This document shows, in pieces, positions 37,095 to 46,930 of a DNA stretch of 64,000 nucleotides; within the stretch, counting starts at the first letter, position 1; each line of letters opens with the position of its first letter. The stretch spans positions 23,403 through 87,402 of the forward strand of contig DAOUDD010000010.1 in the NCBI GenBank assembly GCA_034431765.1. The letters run 5' to 3'. The notes under the pieces were generated by a model. It was not told the DNA's origin. It was given only the letters and a program-made list of their open reading frames with translations, and did no database searches. Both the position numbers and the translations under genes were made by a program. Source of the DNA: Ktedonobacteraceae bacterium. Its GTDB lineage: Bacteria; Chloroflexota; Ktedonobacteria; Ktedonobacterales; Ktedonobacteraceae.

Positions 37095-37997
37095 ATGGCA
37101 GTAAGTAGGTTTTCTCCTAAAAAGAGCAAGGATACCTCGACAAAACGCTTCTGGCACACACCTACATCCAGAGTGGCTAGAGCCTGGCTCCTCTTTGCTA
37201 GTGGGTATACAGCTCTCTTCTATATACTCTATCTAATTCTCCTGCATGTGAAGACGCGTTTTGTCAGTGGCCCTTTTTTTGATGTCGTCTTTCGCTGCGG
37301 AGCAATGTCCTATCTTATGATTCTAGGGGTTGCAGCTTACTCGCTGCGCACACGTTTCTTCCATGGTTTACCGTGGAAAGCACAAAATTGGGTCTGGGCG
37401 CACATCTGGGTTGGTATCACCTCACTCCTTCTGGCATTGCTCCATGCCGACTTCCGTTTTTTGTTGCACTTTGACTGTTCTGGCCTCCCTTGCGTGGCTG
37501 ATAAATATCTGGCGCTTCCTTCGCTTTATGGCCTGTTTATCCTCGTACTGAGCGGCGGCATTGGTCGTTTGCTTGACTCTTGGCAGACGAGAGTGATTGC
37601 TCTGGATGCACGTACAAATGGTGTTGGTATAGCGAAAGCGCTCAAAGTGTCGCTGGTTGAGTTAGAGTATATAGTGGAGCGATTGAGCGCAGGAAAGTCT
37701 GATGGGTTCAAACAATACTGTACCGATGCTATACAAAGCGTAAATGACCTATCTCCTGACATTCCGCCACTTCCTCTACAAGAGAGAGCTGATTTTCAAC
37801 AGGCTTATACAATTCTTCAGCAGCATGCGCGGCTCACAGCCTCACTACGACTCCAAACACGAGCACACACTATCTTACGTATATGGCGTAGAGTTCATAC
37901 TGTGCTCGCTCCACCAATATTACTGGTCATTTCATATCATGCCGTTGCAGAATTGATCCGTGTTCTCCAGGATCAGATTCACGTTCCTCCGTTATAA
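37095..37997 (+). CDS. polytopic membrane protein with intramembrane histidines (cytochrome-b/DUF4405-like N-terminal part)
   Basis: Starts 12 nt after the upstream stop, behind TAGGAGCAAG. At least 5 hydrophobic helices, with His in LILLHV, WAHIWVGITSLLLALLHA and LLVISYHAV. Confidence 0.65.
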   Translation: MAVSRFSPKKSKDTSTKRFWHTPTSRVARAWLLFASGYTALFYILYLILLHVKTRFVSGPFFDVVFRCGAMSYLMILGVAAYSLRTRFFHGLPWKAQNWVWAHIWVGITSLLLALLHADFRFLLHFDCSGLPCVADKYLALPSLYGLFILVLSGGIGRLLDSWQTRVIALDARTNGVGIAKALKVSLVELEYIVERLSAGKSDGFKQYCTDAIQSVNDLSPDIPPLPLQERADFQQAYTILQQHARLTASLRLQTRAHTILRIWRRVHTVLAPPILLVISYHAVAELIRVLQDQIHVPPL

Positions 37998-38211
37998 GAC
38001 TATATGTCTAGGGGACGTTTTTGAGAAAGGACCAGGAGATGATTAATCAGTTCATGATTCTCTTTGCTAGTAGTTGTCGTCTATACAGAAGATATGACAG
38101 AACTACACTCATCACAACTTCTTCGCAATGCCAACGATTACTTGATGCATATACTGTCATGCTATGCTGTAAAGCAGAGTTGTACTATTTTTTGTAATGG
38201 AGGTTATTGTT

Positions 38212-38958
38212 ATGCAAGAGAGCATCGCCCACATAAGGAATACGGTACTACCTCTATCAACACTCCAGGAGATGTATACCTCAGGACTATACCTGCAGAA
38301 ACATCCTCATTGGCACGTCGAAGAGTCACCATGGAAGGCAGCGCAAGTACTGCGTATGCTGCAACAAAACAGGCTTGCCCCAAAAACCATCTGTGAAATA
38401 GGGTGTGGTGCCGGAGAAATTTTGCTTCAATTACAGCACCAGATGGAGCATGACCGTCAATTCTGGGGCTATGACATCTCGCCTCAAGCGGTTGCTCTAG
38501 CAAAAACACGTGAAAATCTACGCCTGCACATACAATTGCAGGATGGCCCACAAGACCCAGATGCACACTTTGATCTACTCCTCTTTATGGATGTGCTTGA
38601 GCATATTGAAGATCACTTTGGCTTTTTGCGCAGCATGCGTGCAAAAGCCGACTATAAAATCTTTCATGTCTCACTTACTCTCTCGGTACAAACTATCTTA
38701 CGGAAGAGAGGGCTACTCAAAGTTCGTGAAAACTATGGTATGGTTAACCACTTTAGCAAAGAAACGCTGCTACAGACATTGAGCGATGCAGGGTATGAGA
38801 TTGTTGACAGCTTTTATACGACAGCCTGCACCGATCTTCCTTCGCAAGAACTGCAACGAAACCTGTTAAAAATCCCGCGTAAGTTCTTATTTGCACTTCA
38901 TCAGGATCTTGCTGTACGGCTGCTCGGTGGTTACCGCTTCCTCGTACTTGCACGTTAG
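38212..38958 (+). CDS. class I SAM-dependent methyltransferase
   Basis: Motif I ICEIGCGAGEIL and acidic motif LLLFMDVLEHI. ATG 38212 lies 8 nt after GGAGG; the track ATG 38197 overlaps that SD. Confidence 0.8.
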   Translation: MQESIAHIRNTVLPLSTLQEMYTSGLYLQKHPHWHVEESPWKAAQVLRMLQQNRLAPKTICEIGCGAGEILLQLQHQMEHDRQFWGYDISPQAVALAKTRENLRLHIQLQDGPQDPDAHFDLLLFMDVLEHIEDHFGFLRSMRAKADYKIFHVSLTLSVQTILRKRGLLKVRENYGMVNHFSKETLLQTLSDAGYEIVDSFYTTACTDLPSQELQRNLLKIPRKFLFALHQDLAVRLLGGYRFLVLAR

Positions 38959-38967
38959 ATAGACACT

Positions 38968-39831
38968 CTACTCATGCGTTGGTGTTGCCGAAGGAAGTGG
39001 AGTGATTGGTAATCCTGGTAAGGTATCGGGAGCAGCTTCAACTTGAACACGTTGAATGGAGGTGGAGACACCATCTGATGTTGCACCGTTTTGTACAAAA
39101 AGAGCGATCTGGCCGTAGTCGTAACTAGAGTCTACTATAGTTGCGGCTAATGAGCCATTCAACCAGAGCATCAAAAAAGGACCTTTTGCAATGATCACAC
39201 ACGTGTTTTGCTGCTGCTGTGGCTTAAGCGCTTGAGACTCTCGTGGCTCAATCAGAGACTCTGTCTGCTGCTTTTTCTGTGCATCTAAAAGCTCTTTGCT
39301 CACAGCAAAGGTATTGTTGGCAAAAATATCTATACGATAATCATGGTCCAGATTACTATCACCGCGCAGATAGAGACCAAAGCTATCATGCTCACCACCC
39401 TCAAGCTGCGTAAAATCGACGGTAAGAGTGAAATCTCGAAACGTTGTACTCGTCGGTAAACTCTCGATCAAGATTCTATGATTGGTATCAGTCAAGGTTA
39501 ACGATCCTTCGTCCATCTTGCGCTCATACCCGGACGTATCATTGTCGTTGCTCACTGCCCAACCCTGTTTATTATCAAGGAACGAGTCGAGAAAAATTGG
39601 CGTAGGAGTGAGAGAAACCGTATCAGTGGGTGATACTGTGGACGTCACGACCTTTGTGCTTGTAGGGGTTGCAGTGGTGCGATGGGGGAGACGTGAAACA
39701 GGTTTTCCATTCCCTTTTATGCTTGAAACAAATAACGCACCACTGACACCCAACAAAAATAGCAGGCAGACCAGGCCAGTTAGCAGACGTTGAAACCTAC
39801 GTTTATTCTTTATCTCGCTTGCGCGCACCAT
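38968..39831 (-). CDS. membrane-anchored protein with Thr/Pro linker and DUF1080/LamG-like (concanavalin-type) domain
   Basis: Internal ATG 39831. Basic N-terminus plus TM (LLTGLVCLLFLLGVSGALFV), a T/S/P-rich linker, then a W..S...........F.DFTLTVDF....G..DSFGLYLRG pattern. Confidence 0.55.
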   Translation of the reverse strand: MVRASEIKNKRRFQRLLTGLVCLLFLLGVSGALFVSSIKGNGKPVSRLPHRTTATPTSTKVVTSTVSPTDTVSLTPTPIFLDSFLDNKQGWAVSNDNDTSGYERKMDEGSLTLTDTNHRILIESLPTSTTFRDFTLTVDFTQLEGGEHDSFGLYLRGDSNLDHDYRIDIFANNTFAVSKELLDAQKKQQTESLIEPRESQALKPQQQQNTCVIIAKGPFLMLWLNGSLAATIVDSSYDYGQIALFVQNGATSDGVSTSIQRVQVEAAPDTLPGLPITPLPSATPTHE

Positions 39832-40252
39832 ATTGGTATATACCTTCTTGCAAGTAGAGTTCCATGTCACGTGTGCTGAGATACGCATCCTGCTTACATC
39901 TGTAATATATGCATGCAAAATGAATCACGAGACACACTTTATTAGACGTATTCATTGTTGGATTGTTCACAACGAAAACAATCCGGCCATAAAGCTAACG
40001 CCAGAGTAGATCTAGCCATGCGGCTGGATGCAGGTGGATGGACAGCATGTGACAAGGGAAGCCTGTAAAAGGCTCAATGGCAGACCACGTAGTCTACGCA
40101 CAGTTGCTCTTTGATGGCTCAGAGATACAGATGCAACGCTATGACCAATCGAAGAGGAAGTTGTTCAACCGTATGGGGTGATAGAAAGAGGCAGAGTCCT
40201 GGAAAACTTTGCCCCTAGTATACACAAAATACAGCTCAAATGCTTATAACAC

Positions 40253-41083
40253 TCAGTCTTGCTTGCTTGCAGATGAGCGTCTAGCGAAACGCGTAGCCTG
40301 GCGTTGTGCTTGCCAATTGCAAATATCTTCAAGATCAGCGACAGGAGCTTGAGTGTATGGTAACACCTGCAAATATCCTGGAGGGCCAAACTCTGGAGTT
40401 ACTGTTGATTCTTGTATTCCTCGTCGCTCCTGCGCGTCCCAGATCATATCCCACCAAGACTCGTGGGCTTCGAGGTGACGCGCAAACTCTGGCGCACGTG
40501 GATCAGAGACCTGTGGGCCTTGCTCATGACCAACGCGTGCATGCAGATGGATGCAACGTTCGGCACACAGTTGTATCGTTTCCAATTGATCATCGAGCAA
40601 ACGCTCACATACACAGACCCAGTGACTCAGATCACAGCAGAGCTGCAACTTCTCAAAGCGCTTGAGCATCTGATGTGTGATTACCGGGTGGAAGAGAATG
40701 CGGCTACGGTGGGTTTCATGCGCGACAGAAACACCCATTTGGGCTTCGATAGCTAGAGCTTGCCCAAAAAAAGAGAAAGCCTGTTCCAGACTCCAACTAT
40801 CCCGCCCACTGTGACAATTAATCATCTTTGGCCCGAAGCGTTGCGCACGCTCTATCTGTTGCCTGAACGATGTGAGATGTTCTTCGACTGTCTTTCCCTG
40901 TGTCAATACCTGCGGAATATATTGTAAATCATGCTCTTGCAGAAGATCGCTGAAACGCTCCTGCTCTTGAACATCCGGGAGAACAGATTCGATGGCAGCA
41001 TAGCCTTGCTTTTTGATACGAGGGAAAAGCTCTACTGGGGAACCTACCATTCCCCAGAGATGTCGAACCAGGAGTAATTGCAC
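40253..41083 (-). CDS. sugar phosphate isomerase/epimerase (xylose-isomerase-like TIM barrel) family protein
   Basis: GTG start behind AAGAAGGG; 276 aa with a TIM-barrel AP-endonuclease-2-type His/Glu/Asp pattern (INCHSG, AHETHR, CCDLSHW, HLHARVG). Confidence 0.7.
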   Translation of the reverse strand: MQLLLVRHLWGMVGSPVELFPRIKKQGYAAIESVLPDVQEQERFSDLLQEHDLQYIPQVLTQGKTVEEHLTSFRQQIERAQRFGPKMINCHSGRDSWSLEQAFSFFGQALAIEAQMGVSVAHETHRSRILFHPVITHQMLKRFEKLQLCCDLSHWVCVCERLLDDQLETIQLCAERCIHLHARVGHEQGPQVSDPRAPEFARHLEAHESWWDMIWDAQERRGIQESTVTPEFGPPGYLQVLPYTQAPVADLEDICNWQAQRQATRFARRSSASKQD

Positions 41084-41147
41084 AGCTATTCACCCTTCTT
41101 TAGGCAGACGATAACGACATACACAACAAGACAATTATTGAATATGA

Positions 41148-41182
41148 GAATAGGCAGGTCGATATGACTCACCTGCCTATTC
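41148..41182 (-). terminator. intrinsic terminator after the molybdopterin subunit gene
   Basis: Perfect 12-bp stem GAATAGGCAGGT / ACCTGCCTATTC with an 11-nt loop, 15 nt after the stop. Confidence 0.7.
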
Positions 41183-41196
41183 TCGTTCGATGCATA

Positions 41197-43548
41197 TTAT
41201 GCATGATCGTGCAATGCGGAGAAGACTCGCTCAGGAGTCATGGGTAATTGACGCACATGTGCACCGGTAGCATCGGCGATTGCATTTGCAATGACAGCCG
41301 CGACAGGTATTACAGGCGGTTCGCCAACACCCTTTGCACCAAAGGGTCCCAGACCGGAGGGAATCTCTACAAGAATCGGTGTGATATTCGGCACATCGTA
41401 GCTGTGTGGCAACGCATAGTCCATCAAAGTGGACGTAAGCAACTGACCGTTCTCATCGTATGAGAAGCCTTCAAAGAGCGCCCAACCAATGCCTTGAGTC
41501 ACCCCTCCGTAGATCTGCCCTTCAACCTCTGCTGGATTGATGGCATGCCCAACATCCTGAGCAGCTACAAAATCTAATACACGCACCTCACCAGTCTCAG
41601 GATCAACCGCAACTTTCGCTACCTGTGCAGTATACATAGGCACTGTCACATTGTTTGCAGCACGGCCACGTCCATAGACCGGCTCGAAACGACCAGCAAA
41701 GCGCATAGAGGCCGATGCGATATCGCGCAACGAAAGACGCTTCGCAGGTACTCCTTTGACGACAACAGCATCCTCTGATAGCTCCAGATCATCGACAGCG
41801 GCCTCCAGCATCTCGCTGGCAATGGTGAGAATCTGATTGCGAGCATCACGTGCGGCTGCAAGAACAGCGGGACCAAGAGAATACACTGTTTTGCTGCCAC
41901 CAGTGCCTCCACTATAGGGCATAGTATCTGTGTTAGCATGAGCAACGTTCACTGTTGAAGTGGATACGCCCAGACCTTCAGCGGCAATGAGAGCCATACT
42001 GGTATCGGAGCCGGTGAGGTCAACGGAACCGAGCACAACTGTCATCGTCCCATCTTTCTCCAGACGACATGCAGCGGCAGCAGGCTCTGTTCCGCCAGGC
42101 CAGCCCCCAACAGCTATACCGTAACCGATCTTCCAACCGGGCAACGCCGTTTCACTGCGTCTAGAGCCTTCGTCCTGTGCACGTTGCAGCCAGAGTGGAT
42201 GATGTTCAATCTGCTCAAGACATGAGAGCAGGCCGATCTCAGGAATGAGAGGACGACGTTTGTCCTGTGTAGGATTCGGATCGCCCTCGCGCAACACATT
42301 TTTCTTGCGGAACTGGATCGGGTCCATCGAGAGTGCCTGACACAATTCGTCAACTGCCGATTCCAGAGCAAAGGTAATCTGAGGTGCACCTGGAGCGCGA
42401 TAGGCTCCCACACCAACCTTGTTGGTCAGCACTTCATAGCCGCGAATAGAGATATTGGAGCAACGATACGTATTGGAGAGGATATATGCACCCAGGCCAA
42501 CACCGGCACCAGGATAAGCTCCGGTATCGAAGATCAATGTTGCCTCTAACGCAACCAGAGTTCCATCGCGTTTTGCTCCCAACTTCACCGTCATGACCGT
42601 CTGGGGAGCAGGATTGCCAGCCAGGAGATCCTCCTGTCGTGTGTAGACGAGGCGGACAGGTTTGCGCACACGAACAGCAGCAGCAGCGACGAGAGGTTCG
42701 ATCAAACCAAACTTTCCTCCGAAAGCACCGCCGATAGGAACTGACTCCACGCGAATCTGTCGCTCAGGTATCTTCAGCGCCTCAGCAATGTCTGAGCGCA
42801 CACCAAATAAGTGCTGTGTGCTAGGATAGACGGTAAGCTCATGACCAGAAGCACTTGGCACCACAGTAATCGACTGCGGCTCGATATACGACTGGTGTAC
42901 TGGAGGAGTGCGATACGTGCGCTCTACATGCAGCTCGGCCTCACGCCAACCTGCTTCAATGTCACCAACCTGCATATGACTCTTATCAGCGATGTTCTGT
43001 GAAAGCAGCTCTGCCTCTTCCTCCTCAATCTGCTCAGAAGAGACCGTTGCATGCGCGCCTCCACCTGCAATCTCGGCATCCTCGTTCTGCTCACGTGGAC
43101 GTGCCAGTGGAGCATCAAGCTGCATCCCCGTCATAGGATCTATCACTACCGGGAGCGGCTCGTACTCGACATCCACAGCTGCAACACCATCTTCAGCGAT
43201 TGCCTCTGATTCTGCCAGAACGATTGCTACCGGATGACCACACCAGAATACTTCGTCCTCTGCAAGTGGGAAATGTGAACGCGAAGTGCTCGGTGCCGAA
43301 GCCATACCGATCGTCTCATGAGTATAGACAGCTACGACACCGGGAACAGCGCGAGCAGCAGCAATATCGATCGAGACAATACGAGCATGGGCATAAGGAC
43401 TTAACACGAGGCGCGCGTGCAATAAACCAGCAAATGGCAGATCGCCAGCGTAACGTGCTCGTCCAGTTAGTTTATCGGGTGCATCCATACGCTGCGTCGG
43501 TTTGCCGACTGCATGATAGGAAGGTGTAGAATCAAGAGTTTGTGTCAT
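41197..43548 (-). CDS. xanthine dehydrogenase/aldehyde oxidase/CoxL-family molybdopterin-binding large subunit
   Basis: Internal ATG 43548. N-terminal a/b-hammerhead (VGKPTQRMDAPDKLTGRARYAGD) and GGAFGGK, GTGGS.. motifs; about 783 aa. Confidence 0.88.
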   Translation of the reverse strand: MTQTLDSTPSYHAVGKPTQRMDAPDKLTGRARYAGDLPFAGLLHARLVLSPYAHARIVSIDIAAARAVPGVVAVYTHETIGMASAPSTSRSHFPLAEDEVFWCGHPVAIVLAESEAIAEDGVAAVDVEYEPLPVVIDPMTGMQLDAPLARPREQNEDAEIAGGGAHATVSSEQIEEEEAELLSQNIADKSHMQVGDIEAGWREAELHVERTYRTPPVHQSYIEPQSITVVPSASGHELTVYPSTQHLFGVRSDIAEALKIPERQIRVESVPIGGAFGGKFGLIEPLVAAAAVRVRKPVRLVYTRQEDLLAGNPAPQTVMTVKLGAKRDGTLVALEATLIFDTGAYPGAGVGLGAYILSNTYRCSNISIRGYEVLTNKVGVGAYRAPGAPQITFALESAVDELCQALSMDPIQFRKKNVLREGDPNPTQDKRRPLIPEIGLLSCLEQIEHHPLWLQRAQDEGSRRSETALPGWKIGYGIAVGGWPGGTEPAAAACRLEKDGTMTVVLGSVDLTGSDTSMALIAAEGLGVSTSTVNVAHANTDTMPYSGGTGGSKTVYSLGPAVLAAARDARNQILTIASEMLEAAVDDLELSEDAVVVKGVPAKRLSLRDIASASMRFAGRFEPVYGRGRAANNVTVPMYTAQVAKVAVDPETGEVRVLDFVAAQDVGHAINPAEVEGQIYGGVTQGIGWALFEGFSYDENGQLLTSTLMDYALPHSYDVPNITPILVEIPSGLGPFGAKGVGEPPVIPVAAVIANAIADATGAHVRQLPMTPERVFSALHDHA

Positions 43549-43758
43549 CGCAAATCGATCTCCATTCCTAAGTGAAAAGTGGCACAGTGAAAGTGTATCA
43601 CAAAACACGGATGGAGAATGAGATGAAATGCTTCCTGTGGTGAGCATATGCTCTCCTACCGATCTTTTCTAACAATCTTGTATTTGGTAGAAAAAGCACC
43701 CAGATCTCATCTTTTTAGAATACGAGGCGCGCATGCTCTTTCCAGAGAGGAACCTTCG

Positions 43759-46308
43759 TCATCTCCGATCTTTGAGCTTTAGTGCAACGCTGGTCAAGAC
43801 AAAGAAAAAGAGGCCCATAAGTGCTAAAGCGAGCCACATAAGGAGCAAGTGATGCTGAGCGTTTGCCTGGCTGTACGTAGAGAAAAGCAGACCATGGTAA
43901 ATTTCATTATCGCCGAGTAGCTTGTCGCCCCCTAACATGGCATTATGTAAGCCGACTGTTGATCCTAAAGATCCTATAGACCAGCGTGCAATAAAGGTCA
44001 TTGCAATATACTGAGTGACCCAATTTTTAAAAGGGAAAACCGTTCCAGAAAAGATTACCTGTGGAATAAGAATGATCGGGATAAAGCTCATAGCACGATC
44101 TGTAGAAGGGGCGAGCGCTGAAATCGCCAGGCCCATCATCAAACTAGCGAGCGCAGTCAACGCAACCGTTATATATATCTCAAGGAAAACAGGAAAAAAG
44201 ATCCCTTTCCCCTGGTCAAATGGATCGAAGACATGAACAATTCCCACTAAAATTGCGCTCTGTACCAGACAAAGCAATGATAAAACACCTAACTTTGAGA
44301 ACACATATGGAAGGATTCCTAGATTGACAGCTCTCTCTCGCTTATAGATAGCGATTTCCTTAACGATCTCACGCGCAGCATTTACACTCCCAAACAGAAC
44401 AGCAGTAAAAGTAATGATAAAAAGAACTTTCTGCGCATCATCACCTGAGCCAACCTCCATGAAATCCTGGAGTGCATGCTCCGCTCCTCCTCGCTTTGAT
44501 GCATAGATTTTTCCTTGTGGATTATGCTTCAAAAAGTCCAGTACACGATTACACGAAAACGAAAAGCTTGGACGGCCAGGACCAACTCTGTCTGGAACCC
44601 CTACTGGATTCACTATTTCTTTTGTTGTAGGACATCTACTAATTCTTGCTTTGTTGAAAGTATCTGCACCTATTTCATACTTGACTAACGAGATAAGAAA
44701 TAGAGCGATGATAGGAGCCTGTAAAAGCAGTATCAGCAAATTTCCAGGATCATTTTTGATCCGTTCAAGGTAGCGCTCAGAGAGGATGGAAAATTGTTTC
44801 AGCGGTCCACAGCGTTGAGCATGTCTGGCACGAGGTAGCTTTGCACGTGGTATAGAGGTTAGAGCCTTTCTCTCTTCAAGAGGTGCTTTCACATACTGCT
44901 CATACTCTGATGACGCTTTGAAACGCCTCATCGCCATTTCAGGTGCATCTGGGAAATCAGGACGTGGCTCTAACAAGCTATACATTTCCGCAAAGTCTGA
45001 TGTATTAAAGTATTTTTGTGCTCCGGCAGGAGGACCAAAGTAGGCCAGGCGTCCCCCTTGTGCCAGAAAACAAATATAGTCGCACACATGGATATTAGCA
45101 GTTGCATGAGTTACCAACACAATCGTCTGCCCTTTATCTGCCAGCTTTCGGAGCAACAGCATCATCTTACGATCTAATCCTGGATCAAGACCGGAAGTGG
45201 GTTCATCCAAAAAGAAGATACCGGGACGATCAAGCAGTTCCAGGGCAATTGAGACACGCTTGCGCTGGCCACCTGAGAGCTTGCTAATCAAGAGATGCCG
45301 ACGGTCCTGTATCTCGACATCCTCTAGAACCTCGTTGATGCGTTGCCAGATCTGTGCAGAAGAAAAGTGACGGGGGAGACGTAAGCGAGCAGCGTAGTAC
45401 AGCGCACGTTCAACCGTCAGATCAGCATGGACAATATCGTCTTGTGGCACATAACCAAGTTCCTTGCTAAAGGTAGAGAGATGACGGTAGTAATCGTAGC
45501 CGTTGTAGAGAACTTTGCCCTTCTGTACAGAATGCCGTCCATTAAGAGCATTCATTAACGTTGACTTACCAGTGCCAGAGCCGCCGACAAGCGCAACAAA
45601 CGAACCAGAAGGAATTGAAAGAGAAATATCATTGAGCAAAATAGTACGCTTATTACTTTTTCTCATTAAACCAATTGCATCAATGGTTACTCCATGGCTC
45701 AAATCTTCTTGTATGATAAAAGATTCATCTTGCCTGTGCTTTGCTTCAGTGTCCGGTTCATTAAGAGAGAGAGTTTTCTGTTCAGCAACAGAACGTTTCC
45801 CTATTTTCTCGTCGGCTGATTGTGTATGCTCTGTTTGCGCCCTGTGCTCTTCCTTCTCTTCAGAAAAATCTGGTTCTATATGCCTTTCAGCATCTTTCGT
45901 ATGCTCATACTCTTCGATTTTCACGTTTTCATGTTGAAGCTTATGCGTTCCTTCTGGTATGGCCACACTGATTTCTTTTGTTCCAACCCCATTTTCAGCA
46001 TTTTCCTTTTTTTCACGAGCAGGCAATTGGGAAGTTTTGATCATGGCGATATCGGTACTCTCTTCATCTGTACCGTTTATTCCTCTATCTGAGGTACGAG
46101 GTATAACAAGAGCTAGCCTTGGCTGAGTATCCTCAAGATAATCATCATTCGTAGTGACAATCTTTGTATTTACTTCTTCCAACTGGTGAAACGGCTCTTC
46201 ATCTTTCACATACTCTCTATCTTTTTGTATCTTAGTAGTCGAATGAACACTATTTTCCTGAAACACACCATTCATAGAATGAGACACATTGTTATCAACA
46301 ATACTCAT
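43759..46308 (-). CDS. ABCG-like half-transporter: disordered acidic N-terminus + ABC ATPase + ABC-2 permease
   Basis: Walker A GGSGTGKST, signature LSGGQRKR and Walker B IFFLDEPTSGLD, then six C-terminal TM helices. The first ~200 aa are low-complexity and E/K/D/T-rich. Confidence 0.88.
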   Translation of the reverse strand: MSIVDNNVSHSMNGVFQENSVHSTTKIQKDREYVKDEEPFHQLEEVNTKIVTTNDDYLEDTQPRLALVIPRTSDRGINGTDEESTDIAMIKTSQLPAREKKENAENGVGTKEISVAIPEGTHKLQHENVKIEEYEHTKDAERHIEPDFSEEKEEHRAQTEHTQSADEKIGKRSVAEQKTLSLNEPDTEAKHRQDESFIIQEDLSHGVTIDAIGLMRKSNKRTILLNDISLSIPSGSFVALVGGSGTGKSTLMNALNGRHSVQKGKVLYNGYDYYRHLSTFSKELGYVPQDDIVHADLTVERALYYAARLRLPRHFSSAQIWQRINEVLEDVEIQDRRHLLISKLSGGQRKRVSIALELLDRPGIFFLDEPTSGLDPGLDRKMMLLLRKLADKGQTIVLVTHATANIHVCDYICFLAQGGRLAYFGPPAGAQKYFNTSDFAEMYSLLEPRPDFPDAPEMAMRRFKASSEYEQYVKAPLEERKALTSIPRAKLPRARHAQRCGPLKQFSILSERYLERIKNDPGNLLILLLQAPIIALFLISLVKYEIGADTFNKARISRCPTTKEIVNPVGVPDRVGPGRPSFSFSCNRVLDFLKHNPQGKIYASKRGGAEHALQDFMEVGSGDDAQKVLFIITFTAVLFGSVNAAREIVKEIAIYKRERAVNLGILPYVFSKLGVLSLLCLVQSAILVGIVHVFDPFDQGKGIFFPVFLEIYITVALTALASLMMGLAISALAPSTDRAMSFIPIILIPQVIFSGTVFPFKNWVTQYIAMTFIARWSIGSLGSTVGLHNAMLGGDKLLGDNEIYHGLLFSTYSQANAQHHLLLMWLALALMGLFFFVLTSVALKLKDRR

Positions 46309-46930
46309 GCGTTAGTAGACCTCTACAATGCGTAGTAAGGATTAGTAGTTAGTGTAGTGATTATGGTAGATGTGGCCCTCATAGAAAGGGTATGAGAGGA
46401 TCACACCTATTTGAAACAAGCCGTATTTACTATAACAGACACTATTTACACAAGAGAAGCACAGTAGCTTCAAAGTCATCTCTTTAGAGAGTACCGTAAA
46501 CAGGGCTGATTGACAACAAAATCTGCTCCGTATAGTATTTTTTGCTAGAACATATACAAGCACAATATCCTTATGTAAAGTTTGTTTGAATGATTCATTC
46601 ACGTCCATAATAAAGTATACATAAATGTATAATTATAGTCAACCATTCACAGCATATATATTATCATCACTATCTCCTTTCTATATACATACGTTAGCGT
46701 AATCAGAAAGATACGAAATATACACGCTCAGGGATAATTCTTCATCATCGTCGATCTTTAAGCTTTAGAACGAGAGTCGTGAGGCAGAAAAAGAAGCGCC
46801 CTATTTCCATCTTTTTGTGGCATGGAAGGTGCAATATGGGGGTAATTTGTAGGAAACGTGGCAAGCTTGTTTGAAGGAGGTATCACAGTGCTAGCAGCAA
46901 TGGCAAAGCATATTTAGGGGTATCATACTG

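Noticed and set aside
38039-38200. ~53-codon ORF starting directly after CCAGGAG between the membrane protein gene and the methyltransferase gene
   Set aside because: Zero spacing between the SD-like sequence and the ATG, Cys/Arg/Leu-rich composition, and no conservation evidence available.
46877-46906. 9-codon mini-ORF (VLAAMAKHI) behind a strong GAAGGAGGT
   Set aside because: It is too short to evaluate and is convergent with the LLM gene stop. The SD-like sequence could be fortuitous.
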